Of a DNA stretch of 64,000 bases, positions 9,342 to 19,327 are shown in pieces. Source of the DNA: an uncultured Phycisphaeraceae bacterium (lineage in GTDB: Bacteria > Planctomycetota > Phycisphaerae > Phycisphaerales > UBA1924); contig CAZIZO010000009.1 in the NCBI GenBank assembly GCA_964543905.1, positions 64,524 to 128,523 on the forward strand. The letters are read 5' to 3'. Positions within the stretch are counted from its first letter, which is position 1. Each line of letters opens with the position of its first letter. Under the pieces are notes generated by a model. The model saw only the letters and a list, made by a program, of their open reading frames with translations, ran no database searches and was not told the origin of the DNA. The translations under genes and the position numbers were made by a program.

Positions 9342-9512
9342 ATGCTCGTCACGATCCTCGGCGTCGTCCATCTCATCCTGTTCCTCATCGCCGCGTTCGA
9401 GATCCTCACCTCGGGCAAGTCGCTGGGGCAGAAGTTTCTGTGGCTGCTCCTCATTTTCCTTCTGCCGGTCGTTGGGCTCATCATTTACTATCTTGTCGGG
9501 CGTGGGAAGTAG
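9342..9512 (+). CDS. PLDc_N-type small membrane protein (56 aa)
   Basis: Not in the track because it is under 60 aa. My translation: MLVTILGVVHLILFLIAAFEILTSGKSLGQKFLWLLLIFLLPVVGLIIYYLVGRGK-stop. GGGGAAG lies 4-5 nt before the ATG. The two TM helices and LPVVGxIxYxxxGR motif are typical of the PLD N-terminal-domain family. Confidence 0.6.
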   Translation: MLVTILGVVHLILFLIAAFEILTSGKSLGQKFLWLLLIFLLPVVGLIIYYLVGRGK

Positions 9513-9551
9513 AGCCGCGGTCCTTCGCCGCCGCCACAGGAGCCACCGGTA

Positions 9552-10493
9552 CTATCGGAATCGATCGCGAATCTCCGAGGGCGTGAGGAGCACCACGCCC
9601 GTTTGCTGCGCGATGGCCCGCGCGGACTTGGTGAATCCCGAGGACGAGACGACCGCGGCGAGTTGCGCGCGATAGAAACTCTTGCCCGCATAGACCTCTT
9701 GCACGGCGGCGTTGCCCGCGGGCTGGGAGTACAACTTGCACTGCACCACGAGCACGACGCCGGCGCGGACCGCCCGCACGTCCACGCCCTGATCTCCCGC
9801 CTGTCCCGTGACCCGCGCGTCCCACCCCAACGCTCGGAGTTCGCTCGCGCACCATTCCTCAAACTCGTCCGGACTTTGGCACGACGCCGTGACCGCGCGC
9901 GAGTTGAACTCGGCCTCGTGCGCGACCACCTCGCGCTCGATCACCGCCCGGGCCACCGCCCGCACGACCTCGTTGGGATCGGCGTTGGGTGTCCGGCGTC
10001 GAACTCTCTTCATCAGCCTCCGAGCGGAGCGCTCATACTGCTTCGGGGAGACGGTCGCGCGCACGTGCGGCATCGCCACCCGCTCGATGAACATGTCCAC
10101 CTCGCGATCCCACGGCTCGAAATCCAGCACACCGTACTTGTCCGGCACGAGTCTGGATCGCTTCTCCAACGCCAGCGTGTGCACGTGCTTTTCTACGATC
10201 GAACGAACAGCCGCGTACGTGGGGTCGTCGTCGGGCACGTCGATGCTCATCCGCACCTTGCCGTCGGCATCTACGGACGATTTTGGCGATCTCTCTCGCG
10301 CGATCCGTCCCGACGCGTAGAACAACCCGATGCAGAGCACGCCCAGCACCGCACCGCCGACGAGCATCGGGACACGATCCGCCGGCGTGCCCGACGCCGC
10401 GCTCGCGAACAGCCCGATCGATGCCAGCCCGACCACGACGGCCAGTACGCCGAGCGCCACCGCCGACGAGATTCGAACGATCGCTCGGAACAT
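9552..10493 (-). CDS. membrane-anchored restriction-endonuclease-like (Mrr_cat) protein
   Basis: Two N-terminal TM helices. The C-terminus LRALGWDARVTGQAGDQGVDVRAVRAGVVLVVQCKLY carries the PD-(D/E)xK Mrr-type catalytic core (D..D..QxK). Confidence 0.75.
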   Translation of the reverse strand: MFRAIVRISSAVALGVLAVVVGLASIGLFASAASGTPADRVPMLVGGAVLGVLCIGLFYASGRIARERSPKSSVDADGKVRMSIDVPDDDPTYAAVRSIVEKHVHTLALEKRSRLVPDKYGVLDFEPWDREVDMFIERVAMPHVRATVSPKQYERSARRLMKRVRRRTPNADPNEVVRAVARAVIEREVVAHEAEFNSRAVTASCQSPDEFEEWCASELRALGWDARVTGQAGDQGVDVRAVRAGVVLVVQCKLYSQPAGNAAVQEVYAGKSFYRAQLAAVVSSSGFTKSARAIAQQTGVVLLTPSEIRDRFR

Positions 10494-10560
10494 GCCGCGA
10501 GGCCCCCATTGCGAAGCCCGTCACGCCAACGAGGAAGCGGCACCGCCGCCAGCACTCGCC

Positions 10561-11688
10561 TCAGTTGCCGAAGAGGTTCTTCTCGCCGAAGTAGCCCTTT
10601 TCCTCGAAGTATTTGAGGGCTTCGTCGGTGCTGGCGAAGACCTTGGTGGCGGTCTCGGTGATGAAGGGCGAGGGTGATTTTTTGGGCTTCCACACCACGT
10701 ACACCTCCTTGGTGTGTTCGAAGGCGTGGTGGAGTTCGCGTTCGACGCCGCTGGAGAGGCCCGGGATGCCGCCGGGCAGTTCGGGGATGTAACTGACGAT
10801 CATGTCGGCCTGATCGACCAACTTGAAGTCTCGCATGTAGATCTGCCCGTCGATGTCGCCGGCGATGTCGAGCACCTCGCGCACGCGGACCTTGATGGGC
10901 TGGTTGTTCTTCGTCACCGCGCCGCCGAAGAGGTGCGGGGCGACCTCGAGGAACTCGCGGCCCTCGCGCGCGGCGACGAGCGCGCGCTCCAGGAGGAGTT
11001 TCTCGTCCACGTCGCCGGGATCGAAGGTGATGAAGTGGTCCGACAACGCCGAGCGGAACGCGTCGATCTCGGCGAGGACGTCGGGCATGTCCACGACGTG
11101 GCTCATCGGAAAACTCGGGTAGACCTTGCGCATGTGGGGGCGGCAGAGGAGGCGAAAGCACGTCCGCGTCGTCATCGTGTGCCGACCGCGCGAGAGGATG
11201 TAGAACTTGCTGTTGGGGATCGCCTTGCTCATGAGTTCGGTGGCCAGGATCTCCTCCTCGCGCCAGACCATGCAGTCCTTGAGCGTGGCGTCGATCTCGT
11301 GGTCCTGGTGGAGGCGGTGGTGGACGACCTCGATGTTGTCCACCAGGCAGATGAAGACGTCGGGGGCCAGTTTCTGGACCTGGTCGTAGTCGAAGGCGCT
11401 GAACAGGCCGTGCCGCCAGCGGAAGGTGGCGTGGGTGTTGACGATCAGGTTCTTCTGATCCCGCATGTCGGCGATGATGTCCTTGAAGGCGGCCCGGCGG
11501 AGCGAATCGAGACGGCTGATGGGCAGGTCGAGGATGCGCCCGGGGCGCACGTCGCGGGCCTCCTTGTACATCATGTCACCGACGTGGGCGACGGGAACGC
11601 TCTCGCCCTGCTGCCCCGCAAAGCGGGCGACGCCGTCGAGATAAGGCTTTTTGTCCATGCCGACCTGGCCGGTGATGATGGCTCGCAT
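10561..11688 (-). CDS. two-domain protein: P-loop-kinase-like N-terminal half fused to nucleoside 2-deoxyribosyltransferase-like C-terminal half
   Basis: Start placed at MRAIITGQVGMDKK (degenerate G-x-x-G-x-x-K loop). C-terminal segment ADMIVSYIPELPGGIPGLSSGVERELHHAFEHTKEVYVVW resembles the NDT-fold 'D/S-x-G-x-x-x-E' core. The function assignment is weak. Confidence 0.5.
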   Translation of the reverse strand: MRAIITGQVGMDKKPYLDGVARFAGQQGESVPVAHVGDMMYKEARDVRPGRILDLPISRLDSLRRAAFKDIIADMRDQKNLIVNTHATFRWRHGLFSAFDYDQVQKLAPDVFICLVDNIEVVHHRLHQDHEIDATLKDCMVWREEEILATELMSKAIPNSKFYILSRGRHTMTTRTCFRLLCRPHMRKVYPSFPMSHVVDMPDVLAEIDAFRSALSDHFITFDPGDVDEKLLLERALVAAREGREFLEVAPHLFGGAVTKNNQPIKVRVREVLDIAGDIDGQIYMRDFKLVDQADMIVSYIPELPGGIPGLSSGVERELHHAFEHTKEVYVVWKPKKSPSPFITETATKVFASTDEALKYFEEKGYFGEKNLFGN

Positions 11689-11833
11689 AAGGGGAAGATG
11701 GTAGGGGCGGCACCCCCATCGACGTCCGCGGGCAATGAACCATCGCGGGAGATCGCCCGCGCGCGGTCGGCCCCAAAAAAATGCCCCGGCTGGGAGCCGG
11801 GGCGTGCGTGACCTCGAGTCGAGCGGAAAAACC

Positions 11834-13312
11834 TTAGCCCATGTGCTTGATGACTTCCGTCGCAAACTCGGAGCACTTGACCTTCTTCACGGAGGTGTCG
11901 CCCTCGGCCTTCATGAGGCGCTCGAAGTCGTAGGTCACGGTCTTGGCGCTGATGGCGCCGTCCATGCCCTTGATGATGAGGTCGGCGGCCTTGGACCAGT
12001 CGGCGTCGCCACCGCTGCCCATGTACCGGAGCATCATCTCGCCCGACAGGATGACCGAGCCGGGGTTGACCTGGTCGAGGTTGGCGTACTTGGGGGCCGT
12101 CCCGTGCGTCGCCTCGAAGATGGCGTGCCCGGTGACGTAGTTGATGTTGGCGCCGGGGGCGATGCCGATGCCGCCGATCTGGGCGGCGAGGGCGTCGGAG
12201 AGGTAATCGCCATTCAGGTTCATGCAGGCGATGACGTCGAAGTCCTTGGGACGGGTGAGCACTTGCTGGAGCGTGATGTCGGCGATGGTGTCCTTGATGA
12301 GGAGCATCTTCTTCCACTTGCCGTCCCCGTGGCTGGACCAGATGGCGTTCATGACGCCGTCCACCTCGGCGACGATGTCGGCCTTCTGCTTGGGGGTCAT
12401 CATGTCGTAGCCGGGGTCGACCAACTTGGCGTTCCCCTCAGACGAGAGGCCCGGGTTGGCCTCGCGGTTGCCGAGGATCCAGGATTCACGCTCGGTGACG
12501 ATCTGGTTCCGGAAGAACTGGGTGGCGACCTTGTAGCCCCAGTCCTTGAAGGCCCCCTCGGTGAACTTCATGATGTTGCCCTTGTGCACGAGCGTGACGC
12601 TCTTGCGTTTCTCCTTGAGGGCGTAGGTGATGGCGCTGTGGACAAGGCGTTCGGTGCCCAGGGCGCTGACGGGCTTGAACCCGATCCCGACCATGACGGG
12701 GTTCTCCCGCTTCGCCATGCCGATACCTTCGAGCATCTTCTGCCAGTCGTCGCCGGCCTTCTTGGTGCCGAAGCGGATCTTGGCAAAGTCCTTGGGGAAG
12801 TTCTGCTGCATGAAATCGAGGACCTTCTGCGACTCGGGGCTGCCGGCGAGCATCTCGATGCCCGCGTAGATGTCCTCGGTGTTCTCGCGGAAGATGACCA
12901 TGTCGCAGTCCTGCGGGCGTTTGACCGGGCTGGGCACCCCCTTGAACCAGCGGACGGGCCGCAGGCAGACATAGAGATCGAGCATCTGACGCAGGGCGAC
13001 GTTGAGGGAGCGGATGCCGCCCCCGATGGGTGTCGTGAGCGGACCCTTGATGCCCACGAGGTACTGACGGAAGTCCGTGAGCGTCTGGTCGGGGAGCCAG
13101 TTGCCGGTCTTGTTGAAGGCCTTCTCGCCCGCCAGCGTCTCGTGCCAGTGAATCTTCTTCTTGCCACCCGAGGCCTTCTCGACGGCGGCATCCATCACAC
13201 GCACCGAGGCCCGCCAGATGTCGGGCCCGGTCCCATCACCCTCGATGAAGGGGATGATGGGGTCGTTGGGGACGTTCAACTTGCCATGGGACATCGTGAT
13301 CGACGAGGGCAT
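11834..13312 (-). CDS. icd: NADP-dependent isocitrate dehydrogenase
   Basis: [43 protein letters not shown] and [26 protein letters not shown] are classic Icd motifs. GGAG lies 6 nt before ATG13312. Confidence 0.9.
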   Translation of the reverse strand: MPSSITMSHGKLNVPNDPIIPFIEGDGTGPDIWRASVRVMDAAVEKASGGKKKIHWHETLAGEKAFNKTGNWLPDQTLTDFRQYLVGIKGPLTTPIGGGIRSLNVALRQMLDLYVCLRPVRWFKGVPSPVKRPQDCDMVIFRENTEDIYAGIEMLAGSPESQKVLDFMQQNFPKDFAKIRFGTKKAGDDWQKMLEGIGMAKRENPVMVGIGFKPVSALGTERLVHSAITYALKEKRKSVTLVHKGNIMKFTEGAFKDWGYKVATQFFRNQIVTERESWILGNREANPGLSSEGNAKLVDPGYDMMTPKQKADIVAEVDGVMNAIWSSHGDGKWKKMLLIKDTIADITLQQVLTRPKDFDVIACMNLNGDYLSDALAAQIGGIGIAPGANINYVTGHAIFEATHGTAPKYANLDQVNPGSVILSGEMMLRYMGSGGDADWSKAADLIIKGMDGAISAKTVTYDFERLMKAEGDTSVKKVKCSEFATEVIKHMG

Positions 13313-13575
13313 GTGGGGCTCCAAGATGCCATTTGGTGGAGTGCCAAAGGGCCAACGGGGAAACAAGAACGTCGCTCGCGCGGAGCGGGAAAGGAGGATA
13401 GGTGGCGACGGGGCCGGATTGCACGAGTTTCGGACGTGAAACACCGTGTCCGGCGCCCGCGGACCCAGCATGCGCCCGCCTTCTCAACTTTGAGAAATCC
13501 AAGCCCAGAATCCCCTTGGGGCCGATCTCGGATGGCGGTAGGATGCTCACGGATCGTCATGTGCAGGAGCGAACG

Positions 13576-15942
13576 ATGAACGGCATGCGTGGAATCACAC
13601 TGGCTCTCGCAGCGCTCGTCCCGGCGTGGACGGCATCCGGCACGTGGTCGATCGTCCTCGTGGACACGCGCACCGGCGAGGTTGCGGCCGCCTCCGCCAC
13701 CTGCCTCGCCGAACTGGACCTGCAAGCCCTCACCCCCGTCATGCTGGCGGGTGTGGGGGCATGCACGGCTCAGTCCTTCGGTGACACGAGTCAGGTCAAC
13801 CGCACGCTTGTCCGCGATCGCCTCGCGGAGGGCGTCGCGCCCACGGCTCTCCTGACCGCTCTTGCCGCCTTCGACGGCGGTTCGCACCAGACCCGTCAGT
13901 ACGGCATCGTCGACGTGCAGGGTCGCACCGCCACGTTCACCGGCACCGGCGCCAACGCCTGGGCGGGGGGACGCACCGGCACGTTTCAATACTCCTACGC
14001 GGGCAGGACAGGGACGATCGCCTACGCGGTGCAGGGCAACATTCTGACCGGCGCGCCGGTGGTCGATCGCGCGGTCGAGGCGATCCTCTCGACCCCGGGC
14101 GATGTCGCCGCAAGGGTCATGGCCGGGATGGAAGCGGCTCGCGTCATGGGCGGCGACGGTCGCTGCTCGTGCTCCACCGGGCCCACCTCCTGCGGCTCGC
14201 CGCCGCCCTCGTTCACCAAGTCATCCCACATCGCGTACATGCTCATCTCCCGCCCGGGGGACGCCGACGGTGGGCACGGCGTCTATCGCACGCCCGCCAC
14301 CACCACCGCCGTCTACGCGATCGACGCGACGGGGGACGGCAAGCCCGAACTCTTCGCCACGCCGACCACCGGCCCCAACGTGCAGGCGTTCCTCAACCAA
14401 TCGCCCGCCTCGCGCGTGGCGCCCACCTTCTCCTCGGGCGCGTCGGTGAACATGGGCAGCGGAGCGCAAAGCATCGCCTTGGCCGACGTCACGGGCGATG
14501 GCCGACCCGACCTCCTGAGCGCCAACCTTCAGGGCAATCTCATCGGGATCCGCCCCGGACAATCCAACTTCACCTTCGGCGCGTTCTCCAGCCTCAACAC
14601 CGCCACCGGGCCCCGCTCGATCGTCGTCGCGCAACTCGACGGTCTGCACGGGCCCGACCTCGCCTACGGCACGCAGACGCCTCCCGCCGTCGCCGTGCGC
14701 CTCAGCACCGGCCCGGGCACCTTCGCCCCCCCTGCCGAGATCGCCTTCGGGCTTGTCCCGCGCCATCTCTTCGCCCGCGACGTCGATCGCGACGGGTTCG
14801 TCGATCTGGTCGTTCTTCCCACAGGCTATGACCAGCCCGTCGTGCTTCGCGGACGCGGCGACGGCACCTTCGCGTCGCCTCCCGCGCTCGCGACGACACC
14901 GACCGAGATCTCCGCCGCCGCCCTGGACGACGTGGACGGAGACGGGGACGCCGACCTCGTGGGGGTGCTCACCGGCGCCGCGCCGGGCCTCCGCGTGTAT
15001 ATCAACGCCGGGGGCACGTTCACGCCCTCGCCCGTCCTGCTGACGTCCTCGCCTCCCTTTTCCGACGTCGCGATCGGGGACGTCCAAGGCGATGGACACG
15101 CCGATGTGCTCACCGTCAATCGCACCACGCTCTTTCGCGTCTATTCCGGCGATTCGACGGGCACGTTCGCGCCCGGCCCCTCTTTCAACGCGGGCTGGGC
15201 ACTCGGGCGGGTGACGCTTGCCGACCTCGACGCCGACGGTGATCTGGATGCCGCCTTCAACAACGTGAGCAACGGATACGTCATCACCGCGATCAACCGC
15301 GGAGAGGGGCGATTCGATTCTGGACGCGGCTCGGCCTTCGGCGACTACTTCATGTCGCACAACGTCGCCGACACCAGCGAAGGCGATCCCGACCCCGTCC
15401 TGACGCTGCGGGAGATGTACGACGCCTGGAGAGTGGCCCTGGTCGGTCGCGTGGATGCCGTGCAGTCGCTGGTGATCACCCCGTCGCTCCTTCCCCTCGG
15501 AGAGTCGCGCACCATCCGCCTGATGCTGCGGGACTGGCGCGCGCTCCCGGCGCCGCACGCCGGCGTGCCGATGGTCGAGGTGATCGACGGCGCGGGGCGG
15601 GCGACGCTGGGGGCCGTGACGCGCCTGGGCGCGGGCGTCTTCGAGATCGCCATCCGCGGAGAGTCCTCGGGCGCACTGCGTCTGCGGATCACCGTGCGCG
15701 ATGGCGAAGACGCCGTGCGCCTCGTTCCCGATGCCACGCTGATCGTCGGCGCGTGGTGCGTGGCGGACGTTGACGCCAACGGAGGGGTCACGATCGATGA
15801 TCTGCTCGCCTACCTCGCCGCCTATGGCGCGGGCGACTTGGCCGCCGACGTTGATGATGGGAGCCGCGCGGGCCAGCGCGATGCCGGGATCACGCCGGAT
15901 GACCTGGAGTACTTCCTGGAACGGTTTGAGGGTGGGTGCTGA
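13576..15942 (+). CDS. secreted DUF1028-like (Ntn-hydrolase-type) + FG-GAP/VCBS repeat protein with GC-dockerin-like C-terminus
   Basis: Signal peptide MNGMRGITLALAALVPAWTASG, followed by TWSIVLVDTRTGEVAAASATC (DUF1028-like start). Repeated TGDGKPELF, VTGDGRPDLLSA, VDRDGFVDLVV, DVDGDGDADLVGV, VQGDGHADVL, DLDADGDLDAAF are FG-GAP-type Ca loops. Ends CVADVDANGGVTIDDLLAYLAAYGAGDLAADVDDGSRAGQRDAGITPDDLEYFLERFEGGC-stop. Confidence 0.85.
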   Translation: MNGMRGITLALAALVPAWTASGTWSIVLVDTRTGEVAAASATCLAELDLQALTPVMLAGVGACTAQSFGDTSQVNRTLVRDRLAEGVAPTALLTALAAFDGGSHQTRQYGIVDVQGRTATFTGTGANAWAGGRTGTFQYSYAGRTGTIAYAVQGNILTGAPVVDRAVEAILSTPGDVAARVMAGMEAARVMGGDGRCSCSTGPTSCGSPPPSFTKSSHIAYMLISRPGDADGGHGVYRTPATTTAVYAIDATGDGKPELFATPTTGPNVQAFLNQSPASRVAPTFSSGASVNMGSGAQSIALADVTGDGRPDLLSANLQGNLIGIRPGQSNFTFGAFSSLNTATGPRSIVVAQLDGLHGPDLAYGTQTPPAVAVRLSTGPGTFAPPAEIAFGLVPRHLFARDVDRDGFVDLVVLPTGYDQPVVLRGRGDGTFASPPALATTPTEISAAALDDVDGDGDADLVGVLTGAAPGLRVYINAGGTFTPSPVLLTSSPPFSDVAIGDVQGDGHADVLTVNRTTLFRVYSGDSTGTFAPGPSFNAGWALGRVTLADLDADGDLDAAFNNVSNGYVITAINRGEGRFDSGRGSAFGDYFMSHNVADTSEGDPDPVLTLREMYDAWRVALVGRVDAVQSLVITPSLLPLGESRTIRLMLRDWRALPAPHAGVPMVEVIDGAGRATLGAVTRLGAGVFEIAIRGESSGALRLRITVRDGEDAVRLVPDATLIVGAWCVADVDANGGVTIDDLLAYLAAYGAGDLAADVDDGSRAGQRDAGITPDDLEYFLERFEGGC

Positions 15943-15950
15943 CGGGTGGC

Positions 15951-17414
15951 TTACAGCAGCGTCCCCCGGAGGATCATCATGGCCGACGTGAAGTAGATGA
16001 TGATCCCCGTCACGTCCACCAGAGTCGCGACAAAGGGAGTCGAACTCCCCGCCGGGTCGAGTTTGCACTTTTTGAGCAGGAAGGGCAGCATGGCGCCCAT
16101 GATCGAGCCCCACAGGACCACGCCCACCAGGCTCACCGCGATCGCCACCCCCAGCACGGTGTAGTGGCTTTGGACCGTGAAATCGAGCATGCGATTGCCC
16201 GTTTCCGGGTCGATCACGGGCTCGTGTGTGATCGGATCGACCTTGTCCTCGACCCACCAGCCCATCCAGCCCCAGAGGTTGATGCGGAAAAGTCCGATGG
16301 CCCCGATCATCAGGCCCAGGATGCCCGCGACCGCGAGTTCTCGACGCAGCACCCGCCACCAGTCGGAGATCTGGATCTCCCCCAGGGCGAGCGCACGGAT
16401 GACCAGCGTGGACGCCTGCGAACCCGAGTTTCCTCCGGAGGAAATGATCGCGGGAACAAACGCGGCAAGGACGGCCGCCTTCTTGATCTGATCATCAAAG
16501 TAGACCAGCGTGTTGCTCGTGAGCAGTTCGGAGAGAAAGAGCAGGGCCAGCCAGGGCGCACGCTTGCGCACCAGCCACGCCACGCTCGCCCGGTCGAAGG
16601 GCTCTTCGAGGGTGCCGACCGCACCCATCTTCTGCATGTCCTCCGTCGCCGCCTGGCGCGCCACGTCCACCACGTCGTCGATCGTCACGATCCCCACCAG
16701 GATGCCGCGGGAATCCACGACCGGCAGCGCCGTCCGGTCGTACTTCGCCATCATCTCGACGGCATCGCTCTGCGGCTGATCGGCCCGGAGGACCTGGAAC
16801 GAACGATTCATCAAACTCTCGATCGTCGTGCCCAGCGGCGAGAGCAGGATCGCCCGCAATCGAATGTCGTCGATCAGCGTGCCCAGGTCGTCCACGACGT
16901 ACACCACGTTGAGCGTCTCGGCGTCCTTCCCGTACTGCCGGATGTACTCGAGCGTCTTCTCGATCGTCCATTCCGGTCGAACGCGGATGTAGTCGGGCGT
17001 CATCAGGCGACCCACCGTGCCCGGCGGGTAGCCCAGGATCGCCTGCGTGACCTTCCGCTCCTCGGGAGAGAGCGCCGCGACGATGCGCTGCGCGACCTCG
17101 TGCGGCAGTTCATCCAGCAGCCTCGCCCGGTCGTCGGCGCTCATCGATTCCACCACCCGGACCGAGCCCTCGGCCCCGAGTTTCTGGATCAGTTCTTCCT
17201 GCTTCTCCGGCGAGAGATACGAAAAGACATCGCCCGCATCGTTCCGCTGGAGAAAGCGAAATCCCAACGCCGCCTCGTCGGGAGAGAGTTCGGCCAGGAT
17301 GTCGGCCACGTCCGCCGCCGGCAGGAAGTGCATGCACTCGCGCAGTTCTCCCCACTGCGACTGCTGGATCAGTTCGCGGACCTCGGGCTCAAGGAGTTTG
17401 GCGGTTGGATTCAT
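15951..17414 (-). CDS. mgtE: magnesium transporter MgtE
   Basis: MgtE N-domain, tandem CBS region (IDDIRLRAILL.., VVDSRGILVGIVTIDDVVDV) and C-terminal TM domain with SSGGNSGSQAST. The track start at 17438 is GTG; ATG17414 is the alternative used here. Confidence 0.9.
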   Translation of the reverse strand: MNPTAKLLEPEVRELIQQSQWGELRECMHFLPAADVADILAELSPDEAALGFRFLQRNDAGDVFSYLSPEKQEELIQKLGAEGSVRVVESMSADDRARLLDELPHEVAQRIVAALSPEERKVTQAILGYPPGTVGRLMTPDYIRVRPEWTIEKTLEYIRQYGKDAETLNVVYVVDDLGTLIDDIRLRAILLSPLGTTIESLMNRSFQVLRADQPQSDAVEMMAKYDRTALPVVDSRGILVGIVTIDDVVDVARQAATEDMQKMGAVGTLEEPFDRASVAWLVRKRAPWLALLFLSELLTSNTLVYFDDQIKKAAVLAAFVPAIISSGGNSGSQASTLVIRALALGEIQISDWWRVLRRELAVAGILGLMIGAIGLFRINLWGWMGWWVEDKVDPITHEPVIDPETGNRMLDFTVQSHYTVLGVAIAVSLVGVVLWGSIMGAMLPFLLKKCKLDPAGSSTPFVATLVDVTGIIIYFTSAMMILRGTLL

Positions 17415-17501
17415 GCTCGCGCGGGCCTTCGCCCGCACGTAGTCTAATCCCCAGCGCCCTTTCCCGGAAGCCCGACCCTGAAAATCCGCACGATCGTGCC
17501 G

Positions 17502-17966
17502 CTACGCCGCCTTCTCGTGCCAGCGCGGCGCCCGCACCCCCGAGGGCGTGTTCGGCGCCTCCAGCCAATCCTCGGCCTTGCGAAATCGCAGTTCGGTCGG
17601 CATGGTCTTGCGATACCCGAGCAGACGGATGACCTCGAGCACATCCGTCCACGTCGGGTAATGCTTGTTGTTCGCCTTCTTGAACTCGTCGATCGCCACC
17701 AGGAACAAGAACTGCTCCTTGGTCATGTGGCCCTCTTCCGCCGACTTGGTAAAGTCGCTCAGACGCCGCCCGGGTCCACGCCGACGTGAAAACTCAGAAC
17801 CTTCTCCCGATGCGTGCGAAGGATCACGCAGCGCGCGACGATCCGGAATGGTCCGGCGATCGACCACCGAGTCCGGAGGCGGGCCGCCGGCACGCCGGGG
17901 CTCGCCGTTCGAACTCAACCCTCCCTCGGGCCTGATCGGGCTGCACTTTTCGTGATCGTCGGACAT
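17502..17966 (-). CDS. hypothetical protein
   Basis: ORF with ATG17966 preceded by GGGGGAA. The N-terminal 80 aa are low-complexity with only moderate GC3. An internal start at ATG17726 (GGAAGAGG upstream) would give a 74-aa protein, MTKEQFLFLVAIDEFKKANNKHYPTWTDVLEVIRLLGYRK... No recognisable family. Confidence 0.4.
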   Translation of the reverse strand: MSDDHEKCSPIRPEGGLSSNGEPRRAGGPPPDSVVDRRTIPDRRALRDPSHASGEGSEFSRRRGPGRRLSDFTKSAEEGHMTKEQFLFLVAIDEFKKANNKHYPTWTDVLEVIRLLGYRKTMPTELRFRKAEDWLEAPNTPSGVRAPRWHEKAA

Positions 17967-18068
17967 TGGATTTCCCCCAGGTCGCCCCTCGGGCGATCGG
18001 AGGAGCGCCCACCGCGCCCCCGGGAACAGGGGGACTCACGGCGACCACTCACCAACGCCAGGGACGAC

Positions 18069-18422
<354 letters not shown>

Positions 18423-18754
18423 CAAGCCACCCACCACTGCTGTCACTCCCAAGCACGCTCGATCAAGACCCGAGCGTATTGCTCCGCCCGACCACGGGCG
18501 ATCAAGACACTTCCAAGCGTCCCTTCCGAGCGCGGGAGGATATCGGTTCCACACGCCGGGTCCAGTGATCCGCACCATGGACTTGCAACCAAATCCGTCC
18601 GAAACACATGCCTCGCCACGCTCGCGTCCGATGCTAGAGAACTCCGCCGACCGACGCGTTCCCGCGCCGATGGGCGGTACAGTACAGGATTCCTCGCCGG
18701 TGTCAACCGGCGTCCACCCGCATCCACCCCGCCCCTCGTCCACCCGAGCCCCGC

Positions 18755-19327
18755 ATGAGTTCCGATACATCGCACGCCGCCAGAGAGGGGTTTCAACCTC
18801 ACGCGCTCCTCGCCGCCGTCGCCTTCCCGGGCGCTGGGCACATGATCCTCGGCGAGGTGAAGCGCGGGGTCTATGCCGCCGTCGGCGTGCTCGGGCTCTT
18901 CCTCGGCGGCATCTTCCTGGGAGGGATCGACGTCATTGATTCAAAGGAAGATCGCGTCTGGTTCCTCGGGCAAGCCTGCGTCGGGCCCCTCGCCTTCGGC
19001 GTCGATTACCTGCACCAAAACCACTTCAAGGTCCGCGATCCCGTCTCCGGGCGCCTCCGCTCCGCACGTCCCGATGAAGGGCGTGGACCCGACGGCACAC
19101 CGCAGCGTCTCGAAATCGCCCCCGCCCCCAACACGCCCGCCGTTCCAACTCAACCCCCCAATCGCAAGTCCATCGGCAAGGTCAACGAACTTGGCACGCT
19201 CTTTGCCGCCATTGCCGGCATGATGAACCTCATCGTCATCATCGACGCCTCCTACCCCTCCAAGAGACCGGCACCGTCCCAAAGCCCCAACCCCGCCCCC
19301 AGCCTCCGACCGGAGGGCTCGGCATGA
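18755..19327 (+). CDS. hypothetical membrane protein
   Basis: ATG18755. Two TM segments near the N-terminus (ALLAAVAFPGAGHMILGE, GVYAAVGVLGLFLGGIFLGGI) and one at the C-terminus. The stop overlaps the next start (ATGA). Confidence 0.55.
   Translation: MSSDTSHAAREGFQPHALLAAVAFPGAGHMILGEVKRGVYAAVGVLGLFLGGIFLGGIDVIDSKEDRVWFLGQACVGPLAFGVDYLHQNHFKVRDPVSGRLRSARPDEGRGPDGTPQRLEIAPAPNTPAVPTQPPNRKSIGKVNELGTLFAAIAGMMNLIVIIDASYPSKRPAPSQSPNPAPSLRPEGSA

Noticed and set aside
14221-16359. 712-aa minus-strand ORF
   Set aside because: It is antisense to the DUF1028/FG-GAP gene and overlaps the mgtE 3' end. The composition is Arg/Gly/Asp-rich with no recognisable domains.
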